Assembly: GCA_002269645.1 (NCBI GenBank)
Contig: NIVC01000815.1
Span: 376,083-440,082 of the forward strand
Direction of reading: 5' to 3'
From: Macrostomum lignano
Lineage: Eukaryota
DNA length: 64,000 bases
The notes below the pieces were generated by a model. That model ran no database searches and was not told the origin of the DNA. It saw only the letters and a program-made list of their open reading frames with translations. Both the position numbers and the translations under genes were made by a program. Numbering within the stretch: the first letter of the stretch is position 1; every line of letters begins with the position of its first letter. Of the stretch, positions 12,521 through 23,413 are shown one piece after another.

Positions 12521-15500
12521 CTACCCGGCACTCTCGCCAGCCTCCCCGCCTTCAACTGCACCAGCTGAAGGCTCAGACTGCTGCTCACCAGGTGGTGCCG
12601 ACTTCTCAATCAGTCCGGCTGACTCGCTGCTCTCAGCCCACGGCTGCAGCTCGCCAGAAGAGCAGAACAGATAGAATAGCGAGGTGGCCACGTGGACCAG
12701 GGCTGCGATGAAGAACACCAGCTGCCACTCGCCGGCTGTGCCGTGTCGAGTCACTGCGCTGGCCACGATGGGAGACAGGACGCCTGTGCGGTTTCAGGGT
12801 GGGGGGTTATAGCGGCTGAGTTGATCAGGCTGCGTATGCTCTATACGGATTATTCCTTTTGCACACATCAGATTGCTAATTAAGGACTTCTTAGAAGATA
12901 ACGCAGGGGAGGGGCTACGGCTCTTTTAAAGAAGACGCTCCAGTACATGCATTTAGCCTCTTGGGCAGGACATCTGCCTACCTACCAAAAGAGACAGGTG
13001 CGCCCACCTATACATGTAAATCCGTGCATCCGACGTCAGACGTTCCCGACATCGTGCGACGTCCATTGCAAATTTTTATTTTTATACCTTACACAGACGT
13101 TCACCCGACGTTAGTAAAAAGTATTTAGGACGGCAGGAATAACAAAAAATAATCAGAAGTACTCGATTGGTCATCGTAGGATGATGGATACACCTGTCAA
13201 TCAGTGGAACATGTATAGCTACGAGCTACATGTAAAGCGCGATCAAGTAGAGCTCGGGACCAAACCCGAGACACTTTATCCAAGTCCCTCTCTTGTAGGG
13301 TTTTCAGCCGACTTTTCCGACAATTTATCGATTGCATTCAGTAGCCCTCCCTCTGTTTCATTTGCCAACCAACAAAGTTCGACAGTCTGGCGCTCACCTG
13401 ACACGGTGCCAACACCATTGGAGATGCCCATCAGGAATCCAGCGAATCTGGGCGCAATGTCCAAATGGTTGACGCCGTAGCCGGACATGCCAATCCCCGT
13501 GAAGCCCAAGCCTATGGTCAGGAAGGCTGTGGACAGGTAGAGATTGCGCGAGATGCCCACAACAACTAGGCAGGCCGCCATTACGCCGAACCCGACAGTG
13601 TTGAATAGACGACGCGTCGCCGTGGTGGACAGGAACTTGCGACGAACGCAGTCGGCAAGGGTGCCACCTGCAATTTTCAGGGAGAGTTTAAGATCCATTT
13701 AGCATACTTGCGGGAGTATTTTTATAGTATTTTTCTAGGATTGTTACGAAAGACGCTAATTTAGGTTGGGTTTAGTTTGCTTAATAGAGGAAAGGCAGAC
13801 TCAAGGATGAGGGAACGGAGAGACTGACTCAAGGATGAGGGAACGGAGAGACTGACTCAAGGATGAGGGAACGGAGAGACTGACTCAAGGATGAGGGAAC
13901 GGAGAGACTGACTCAAGGATGAGGGAACGGGGAGGCTGACTCAAGGATGAGGGAACGGAGAGACTGACTCAAGGATGAGGGAACGGAGAGACTGACTCAA
14001 GGATGAGGGAACGGAGAGACTGACTCAAGGATGAGGGAACGGAGAGACTGACTCAAGGATGAGGGAACGGAGAGGCTGACTCAATGATGAGGGAACGGAG
14101 AGGCTGACTCAAGGATGAGGGAACGGGGAGGCTGACTCAAGTATGAAGGAAAAGAGAGGCTGACTCAAAGATGAGAGAACGGGGAGGCTGACTCAAGTAT
14201 GAAGGAACAGAGAGGCAGACTCAAGGATGATTAATCTAATTGCCTCGCAATATTGTTATCGATTTGTTCTTAGTGAGTGAGTTATATTCTAACATAAATG
14301 TACATCTTGGTTTGCATAATTCATGTACATCGTATTGTTCACTTTTAGAACCTCAAATATATAATCGCTAACTTGGCCAGTTTGGGCCTCACGTTTTTTC
14401 TCGCTCAGCTTAAACCGCAGTCTTCAGACTTTACAATGAAGGAAGACTCAAGGATGATAAAGGAACGGAGAAGCAGACTTAAGGATGAGGGAACGGAGAG
14501 GCTGACTCATGGATGAGGGAACGGGGAGAGGCTGACTCATGGATGAGGGAACGGAGAGGCTGACTCAATGATGAGGGAACGGGGAGAGGCTGACTCAAGG
14601 ATGAGGGAACGGGGAGGCTGACTCAAGGATGAGGGAACGGAGAGGCTGACTCATGGATGAGGGAACGGAGAGGCTGACTCAAGGATGAGGGAACGGGGAG
14701 GCTGACTCAAGGATGAGGGAACGGATAGGCTGACTCAAGGATGAGGTAACGGAGAGGCTGACTCAAGGATGAGGGAACGGAGAGGCTGACTCATGGATGA
14801 GGGAACGGAGAGGCTGACTCAATGATGAGGGAACGGGGAGAGGCTGACTCAAGGATGAGGGAACGGGGAGGCTGACTCAAGGATGAGGGAACGGAGAGGC
14901 TGACTCATGGATGAGGGAACGGAGAGGCTGACTCAAGGATGAGGGAACGGGGAGGCTGACTCAAGGATGAGGGAACGGATAGGCTGACTCAAGGATGAGG
15001 TAACGGAGAGGCAGAATCAAGGGCTGAGCTGGAGAGCGAGTTAAGAAGCAAATTTTAGAAAGGTTGAAAACTTATTATAATAGTATATCTAAAAGCAATT
15101 GAAAAGCTTGAATAAAATGGACAGAACTGAAAGCAGACTTTGAACTGGGCATTTCTTGAAAAGCTTTAAAAAGAACGCACCAACTGGCGTGAGCCCGGCC
15201 ATGAGCAGGAACGGAATCATTAAATAAATTCCAACCTCCTCGCTATTCAAATCGAACACTCGCGAGAAATAGGCCGGCAGGCCGATCATGCTGAACTGGA
15301 AGCTCCAGTTGCGCCCGACGTTGGCAAATACGATGGCCCATACGGGCAGCGACCTGACCATCGCTGCGCAAGGCACCTGGCCTGTAGCTGTGGCTGGCAC
15401 GCTGCTGCTCTCAATGTAGGCCAGCTCCTCCGGGCTGATGTAGGGATCGGTTGCCGGCCTAGAGTGCACGATGAGGAACCAGGCAACCGCCCAGGCGCAG

Positions 15501-16150
15501 CCGAGCGCCCCAAAGATGTAAAAATTCACTGGCCAGCCCAGATTGGTGGTGACGGCGCCGCAGAGCGGCAGGCCAACAATGGGCCCGAGGGCCATGCCGA
15601 AGAAGGAAATCGTCACTAGTTTGGATCGCTCCATCTCGGGCGCCCAGAATCGCCAGATGCCGTGAACGGAAGGATAGAGGCAGCCCTCGGCCATGCCCTG
15701 CAGCAGCCGGATGGTGAGGGTGACGCCGAATGCGGCGGACGGCACCTCCAGATGAGCGGCCGTCGGCACGGCAATGTTCAATAGGCAGGTGATCAGCACG
15801 GAGCTTCCCAAGAGCATGTTTGGCTCCAGGTAGGACGACATGAAGCCAGCCGGTATGCTGAACAAAGCGTAGCCGATAAAAAATGAAGCCTCAATGATGC
15901 CAATGTCCAGGTGATCCCAGGCCACCTCCTGAACCAGCTCGATTTTGTAGTAGGTGTGATTCCGAGCGGTCATCTCCACCTTCTCCGGTTGCTTTTTGGT
16001 CATCTTGATAATGGCGATGCCCATCTCTGAGCGCATCGCCAGCACCACCATGAGGCCGAGGCAGCTGAGCCACGCCACTACGTAGCGCTTCCAGCCGGGG
16101 CCGGTGCAGCGGCCTTCAGCTATGCCGACGCCCGCCGATTTGCCCGACAT
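12521..16150 (-). CDS. VGLUT-like: SLC17 family MFS anion transporter, vesicular glutamate transporter-like (~500 aa)
   Basis: Exons 16150-15181, 13667-13398, 12783-12521 (1503 nt, phases consistent). Motifs QGMAEGCLYPSVHGIWRFWAP..ERSKL, VNHLDIAPRFAG.LMGISNGVGT and EWQLVF.IAALVH...SGELQPWAE match VGLUT/SLC17A6-8. Start codon uncertain; 16150 is the first in-frame ATG. Confidence 0.9.
13797..14230. repeat. 28-bp minisatellite, block 1, SLC17 intron 1
   Basis: Unit GACTCAAGGATGAGGGAACGGAGAG(A/G)CT. Confidence 0.97.
14445..15020. repeat. 28-bp minisatellite, block 2, SLC17 intron 1
   Basis: Same unit as 13797-14230, separated from it by ~210 bp of unique AT-rich sequence. Confidence 0.97.
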
Positions 16151-17343
16151 TTGTCTTCGTTTTTCGCTTCCGCTCCGTCCAAGGCCGATGCCGCTGCCTC
16201 CTCTGCTGTCCCAGATGACGTCGGAGTCGTCTGCGTCGCTATTGTCGCTAGAGCCGGTTGAAGGCACCGGTTGGTGAGTCGCTGCTGTCGCTGCCGCCGC
16301 CGCCGCTGCGGGAGTGCCTCTACGATGGCTGATCGTCTTGCTCTACGCGGTCGGGAGTTCTTCCGTCTGGAATTTTCTGCGCTCTAACGAATCTGTAGAT
16401 TCAGTGCAACAGTTTCCAGTGAGGCCAATATATGCCTGAATTTAGTACGGAAATGGAAAGAGACCGACAGTGGGAAGAAAAATCAAGCAACCCGCGTGTG
16501 CAATTCCTTACAATTCTGACAGTGAGAGATCAAGTTATAGGGAAGGAAATTGCAGGGTTAGTGGTCTCTTAGACTTGCGTTGGAAATATTTGCGCTTGAA
16601 TTTTTTATGTAGGCGTACGTCTCAACGCTGAACCGGACGAGTGGGTAGGAAAGATCGGTTTCGGTGTAGAGCTGGCCGGGTATTGCAGCAGGAATTGGAG
16701 CACTATAAAGCTCAACTGAGCGAGTTCTGTATAGGGGCTTGAGCAACAACGGATTAGAAGCACGGATGTACAGTTCTTCCACTCCATTCAACTGGAGTTT
16801 GTCGCCTCGGTGTGCCATTTTAAGGGAGAGGGGGAGAGAAATACTAGGAAAAGAAAAGAGAAAAGTATACCAAACTTCTCGATCCCCATTGACTCTAACA
16901 TTTTGCAAGGAGGCCCATATATGAAGGCGAATTGATTTGGGTTAAATTCTATACAGACGAAAAATTATATAAAGCTCCTGCTGCTACGGAAGGACAAAAT
17001 TTTACAGAGCGGCATGGCGACTGACGATTGTGGCAACAGCTGGCAGCTGTTGCTCGCAGAGGGGCGCGTGTATAACAAGGTACATGTATTAATAATGTCC
17101 GTATATGTACACTATATATACCTCAATGCTCAAAAGGCAAATTACACTCTAATCATACACAAGTGTATTGTACATGTCGTAGCTTTAAATTCCTGCGCTG
17201 AGCACTCAAATCAAGGATTTGTCATTACTTTGCTCAATAAATGCGTGTAGCTACGAACGTGCGTACGTACTTACTGTCTTTGTTTACCGAAATTCCCAGT
17301 TTTTGTTTTTTTGCGCACACTCGGACGGAAATTAATTATTGAA

Positions 17344-17578
17344 GGGTCTGTATAAAAGCGTATTGGACACTGGACACATTGGAACCCCTTATTTTAACAT
17401 TATTTATATATATACTTTGTCTTTATAAAAACGTGTAAATATTTTTTATTATTACAATTTTGCATACGCTTTTTGCAATCTTTGAATTATTAGTATCAAC
17501 AAGTTACGACTTTTGTTTAAAAAAAGGGGTGTCCAATGTGTCCAGTGTGTCCAATGTGTCCAGCTTTTATACAGACTC
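17344..17578. mobile_element. Short MITE-like element
   Basis: Imperfect TIRs G(G/A)GTCTGTATAAAAGC..TGGACAC(ATTGGACAC) around an AT-rich core; no convincing TSD. Confidence 0.55.
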
Positions 17579-19009
17579 ATTATATTGAACATTTAAACAC
17601 AAATGGCCAGAAAATTAAAACCAGTACGGAAGTTTTTTAAAATTATAATTAATTTAGAATAAGAATTATTTATTCAGAATTAAAATATACACAAATTATG
17701 CCGTTTTGCACTCGTAAACACAAATTGAGAAAATTAAGTTCAAGCAACGGTAAAGCGCCACATATTGGCGGAAAGGTGCGCCGTTAAATACGCGCGGAAA
17801 TGGCGAGCACCAATAATGCAAAATGGGACCAAGGTGATAAATACAGCAGCATTTTGCCGTTAATTTGCCACCTTCTTGTCGGCAAACTTTAAAGTGGTTC
17901 CTTTACTAATGGTAGATGATCAGTCTATAACAAAGAAAACAAAACTTGACTATAAGAAGATGACCATTCGATCGAACTATATTCAAATTATCGCGATTTT
18001 TATGCCGTTAAAATGAAATGTTTTCATCTTCGTAGAGTATTGTTGCGCAAATTTGTTTGTTGCAGACAAGATTTATCGTAGAGTGGTGTTCACAAAAAAC
18101 GATCCGAGTATGTAATTAAAGACAGGAAATAAAAGTGACTAGTGTTGCTATATAATGAATCATGCAACTAAACAAGTTACAAAAATTCAAATTAAATTCA
18201 TTAAAATTCGATGAATGGCAGTAAAACTTTGTTATTTTAATGGAAAATTGTAAATTTAAAATATGTATCAGTTATCGTGTTTCAAATTGTAGAATTTTAT
18301 GGCTAGAGGAATTCAAGAAAACTGTTATAGAAACGAAAGCGTACCCTTCTGAAAATTCTTGTTGAGAAAGTACACCTTGGTAAGACTGATATCAATAAAA
18401 CTATATTTTCTCGTTTCTCGTCCTTTAACACAATGAAACTTCTGCTATCAAAAGAGCACTTCTAGTTAAAAAGAAACTTCCCATAATTTCTAATGTAAAG
18501 TAGTGGTCGTGGATATGGAGAATTTATTTTTATTTTTGTTTTTACTGTGTTGGAATAGAGACTAAAAACATTTATAAAACTTTACACTAAATTTTATCAT
18601 TAGTTCTTACTTTAGTACCTCATATATCACAACGTACATTAAGACAGCAAAAAATACAGCACGTCATCGATCTCAAAGCCAGCGCATTCAGTTTAAAATA
18701 CAATATTTACTGGTATCTAAGCTATAACAAATGCTAATAATTTTTCATGTAATTTTAAGTTTTATTTAGACTTGTACTTAATTGTTTTAAGTGGTACTTG
18801 TATATCAGTTGTTTAAACCCATCGCAATACTAATTATATGACCAAAAGTGCATGTATAGATCGCGAATATTAATTTCTACCTTGACTATAATTGAAAAAA
18901 CTATTCACTTTATTGCAAAGCAAATTTAAGTTATATTCATTTTTCCTTGTTCCTGACAAAAACCATTTCGTATAGGCGCTTCCAGCCACGTGGCTACAGC
19001 TATCAAGCA

Positions 19010-20434
19010 ATGAACGAAAGGCCATCGCGAGATCCGGCAGTGGACCCAAAGAACGTCAGCGTTCAGCTGCCTGTTCCAGGCGGCGGCAGCAGCCCGAGGA
19101 ACCTCACGATCACCCTGGCAATCAGCGTGCAGGTGACGGAGATTCCGGGCGTCACAATCGGGCTGGCCGGCGTGGATTTGAAGCATGCCGGTCCGGTGAT
19201 CCCGGATGTGTCCACCGTTCCGGCGAGCACGATGCAACAGCAGCCTGCAACACGATGCGGCACGGACGAAGCATCTTCTATCAACAAGGAAAAGAAGGTA
19301 GATAACCAATCAAATTTATATCATGACTAGAGGATTTCTGTGACAGAAGACTTGATATTGGTGACTCTCGGTCCAATTTTTTCCCATTTCAGAAGTCGAA
19401 TTTGTAAGCAAGATATTTGTTGAAGCTCAAGGAGCTGCGATGCTGCCGACCTGTTTAAATAACCTGTCAAACGTAAAATGAACGTTTGTCTTTTTTCAGC
19501 TTTTCCCGGAAGAAGAAAACCCAGAATTCGCAGATACTTCAACAGCAGCAGCAGTTGGCAGGACCAGGCGAACCAGCGACCTCTGAAGCTCTTATGCCCC
19601 CTGAGCCTGTGAACAGCGCTCTTCCCGTCGCTCCGCAGGGCAAACCTTTGCCACCGACTTCTAGCGGCACCCTTGAACTGCCTACGCAGCCGTCGCTGCC
19701 TCTGCCCTCGGCCAGTTCAGCTAGAGCAGGCAAAAAGTACGACTCTGCGAGCATTGCTAGTCCGTCTGCTTTTTTAAATCAGAAGATAAAAAACCTATGG
19801 CAAGGGAGTCTGCGAAGGCGGGGATAGGAGGGACCTGCCTCCAATTTAGTTGCCTCACATTAGACTTGTGGAGAAATAAAGAAGCGCTAGCAGTAACCAA
19901 TGAAACAAAGTGTACTTGCTTTTGAGAGAGTTATGGACTAAAAATGGAGCTATAATTCTGGACTTCTGCGGCGCCAAAATAAGTCCCATGGGCGCCAAGA
20001 TAGGTGCCAAAAACTGCTGTTACTGTCCACCCCACCAACCTGACAAAGAAGACGATGTACGTTTGATCGTCCTATATTCACGTGCTTGTACAACATTGGT
20101 TCCTGAATTGACCATTCTAATATTCAAAATCATATTAATAGCTCGTACAGCTAGTAAAACAAAATAGTAGAAATGCTTTAACCTAGTATAACAAAACATA
20201 CTTTGAGTTGCTAAAAACCCCTATGAAAGGCCAAACAAAGGCGGCAAAACTGATGAAAACAAAACTGAAAACGGCGACGACAGCTCGGACGACGAAATCG
20301 ACATGACGAAGGCGGCGGCGGCGGCGGATCTGGGCGGCAGGAACACGGTGGAAAGCGAGATTGGCGACAATGGGGAGAACACCTGCGGCTCAGGCGGCGC
20401 TGGCAAGGCGGGGGCCTCTGGCAGAAGCAAGTAA
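19010..20434 (+). CDS. Unknown low-complexity protein X2 (~246 aa), 4 exons including an 11-nt microexon; probable paralog of X1
   Basis: Model join(19010-19297, 19393-19403, 19500-19736, 20230-20434); phases 0,2,2, open frame (741 nt). The last acceptor is weak. Confidence 0.55.
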
Positions 20435-20801
20435 GCAGCTATTTGGTCTTCGATCTACGAGTATTACAATAGTTAGCTAGTGCGCAGAGGGCTCTAGGCT
20501 ATCTCTGTAACCCGAGCACACATAGTACATCTTTTACATATTCAGACTTCAATGACTGCCATATTGAAACCACAGGCAACAATTAAAATAAATTTCCCCA
20601 TCTTTTTAGAAAGTTTCAACTCTTTGGCAGAAGCAAAAAAGACAAACCCAAGGGCAACGCCGATTCCGGAACGTTCAACTTCCCGCAAGATTTGCCAGAC
20701 AATGCCAAGACGCTGTTTCAGGTAGGCTTCGGTGGCAATACCTATGCAATGGCGCAGCTGCAGAATCTCAGCAATCCAACCCGTCACTGCACTTCTAGAT
20801 C

Positions 20802-21647
20802 ATGTCGGACAGCCGCCTCATCGCCACAGTCTACGCTTCTAACGCCGGTCGCACTCCGGCCGTGAAAAAGCAGAAAGCCCTGCTGACAGAGAGCGCCGAG
20901 AAGCGCTTCACGGTCGACGGCAAGTCCCGGTCAGTCTGGCTGGATCCGCCTGCCGGGGAGAAGGTGGAGATTTGGAAGGAGTACTTTGGCGACGATGGAG
21001 AGTGCAACAGAGCTCTGGGCAGGCTGCCCGGCACTGACAAGTGTGAGTCAGCTGTGTGTGGGTCATGGAGCAGCTGTGCTCAGCACTGACAAGTGTGAGT
21101 CTGCTGTGTGTGGGTCATGGAGCAGCTGCGCTCAGCACTGACAAGTGTGAGTCTGCTGTGTGTGGGTCATGGAGCAGCTGCGCTCAGCACTGACAAGTGT
21201 GAGTCTGCTGTGTGTGGGTCATGGAGCAGCTGTGCTCAGCACTGACAAGTGTGAGTCTGCTGTGTGTGGGTCATGGAGCAGCTGTGCTCAGCACTGGCAA
21301 GTGTGAGTCTGCTGTGTGTGGGTCATGGAGCAGCTGCGCTCAGCACTGGCAAGTGTGAGTCTGCTGTGTGTGGGTCATGGAGCAGCTGTGCTCAACACTG
21401 ACAACATGACAACTGAATTTGTTGCGTGCTGGGTCTTAGCGGAGCCAAGATTGAATGTTTTTTGTCCCCATCAAACCAGAGTTTGCTGAGGAACAATCTT
21501 TTTCAACTATCTTTCAACTCAGACGGCTACATCCTGAGAGACGAGATCGATGAAGAAGGCCAGTTTGCGCCCAAGGAGGAGCAGGAAGCCTACAATGACA
21601 GCCTCCAATTGCTGACCATGTTCATGGACATCTACGGCAACGATTGA
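20802..21647 (+). CDS. Unknown 121-aa protein Y2
   Basis: join(20802-21042, 21523-21647): GTGAGT donor phase 1, pyrimidine-rich acceptor ...CTTTCAACTCAG phase 1. Product MSDSRLIATVY...GRLPGTDKYGYILRDEIDEEGQF...DIYGND. Conserved paralog at 5292-5535. Confidence 0.8.
21032..21400. repeat. 52-bp minisatellite, 7 copies, reverse complement of the 1-5302 array; intron of Y2
   Basis: Unit CACTGACAAGTGTGAGTCTGCTGTGTGTGGGTCATGGAGCAGCTGTGCTCAG. Confidence 0.98.
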
Positions 21648-22469
21648 GCAGCAGACTTTACTAGTATATTGCTTCTTTTTTTATTAGGCTCATATGAGTC
21701 AACAAACAGAGCACGGGGTTACAAAGACTCCGATAATCTTAACTATTTCAGACCCGAGGTGTCGGAATAGAACCCTCACTAGGGAGCCATCAGACGCATT
21801 CTACTCTCGAAATTCGACTGATTTAATCTTAGTCGCCAGTTCACTACCTGCTTCCGTTACCTGTTAAGCTTTGAAGCAATATATCATTAAAGCACACATA
21901 ATTATTCATATCGACAGTTTCAAACCACAGTTACTATCTTTACGACTGCATGCCAAATGTTTAGAACTAAGCTCGACTTAGAAGCGCATGAAAATAAAGT
22001 CTAAATTTTGTATTCCCGCAAAGCTTCATCGAACACATTTGAAATCGAGCATTAAGAGGTTGTGCCTAGTAGTTAATAGATCGAATATCATCATTGTCTG
22101 GCTGGCTGACTGAATCATTTGGTTTGCTCCCGGCAGATCTGCCTGCTAAATTAGTCCTGTCTAACCTATTTTGGATCAATTAGGGTTTTGAACAGCAAAT
22201 GCAAGCGGCAGGATGTTTGCATTCTACGCATCTCTGATGGTGAAGGCTGTTCTGAAAGTAGACAGTCCCACAGAGGAAATGTTCAATGGACATCTACTTC
22301 CGCGTACACGGCTTGCAGAGTGGTATTCAAACCGGAAATTCCAAGTCACTGGAAATTACAAAGGCCTAGCAAAAAGCTGTCACTGTACAATCATGCACGC
22401 AACTAAGACATAAAATGGATCATTTTACACACACCCCAGTTCTCTGTATAGTACAAGACACATGAATCA

Positions 22470-23140
22470 CTGTACATTCAACCAAGGCCTCACTAAAGTG
22501 GCACCAGACACACACATCGGATCACTGTGCATTCAACCAAAGGCCTCACTAATGTGGCATCAGACACACACACATCGGATCACTGTGCATTCAACCAAAG
22601 GCCTCACTAAAGTGGCACCAGACACACACATCGGATCACTGTGCATTCAACCAAAGGCCTCACTAAAGTGGCACCAGACACACACACATAGGGTCATTCA
22701 CCCAAGGCCTCACTAAAGTGGCACCAGACACACACATAGGGTCATTCACCCAAGGCCTCACTAAAGTGGCACCAGACACACACATAGGGTCATTCACCCA
22801 AGGCCTCACTAAAGTGGCACCAGACACACACATAGGGTCATTCACCCAAGGCCTCACTAAAGTGGCACCAGACACACACATCGGGTCACTGTACATTCAC
22901 CCAAGGCCTCACTAAAGTGGCACCAGACACACACATCGGGTCACTGTACATTCACCCAAGGCCTCACTAAAGTGGCACCAGACACACACATAGGGTCATT
23001 AACCCAAGGCCTCACTAAAGTGGCACCAGACACACACATAGGGTCATTCACCCAAGGCCTCACTAAGGTGGCACCAGACACACACATAGGGTCATCACCC
23101 AAGGCCTCACTAAGGTGGCACCAGACACACATCGGGTCAC
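22470..23140. repeat. 48-55-bp minisatellite between Y2 and the USE1 3' end
   Basis: Unit CACCCAAGGCCTCACTAAAGTGGCACCAGACACACACATAGGGTCATT. Confidence 0.97.
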
Positions 23141-23413
23141 GATGCGAGTGTACGTGCTCCTGATGTGTGATTAAACGTTGGCACTCTTAACTTATCCATG
23201 TTAGCTACAGTAATTTAATCCGTCAACTACTTAAGATTAAGAATATGCAGTGTAGAATATGAATAATGCATAGTTTCTGTGTCAACAAGTCACCAGTGCA
23301 CCTTTAAATACGCGTAAATCTGGTTAATTTAATATTTTAAACAGTATATTTTTACAAATTTATCAACAAGTCAATAAAAATCACCAAAGTAATTCCAATC
23401 GAATTGCACGCGC

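Noticed and set aside
16558-16924. ORFs upstream of the SLC17 gene
   Set aside because: No motifs, atypical composition, no clear splice support.
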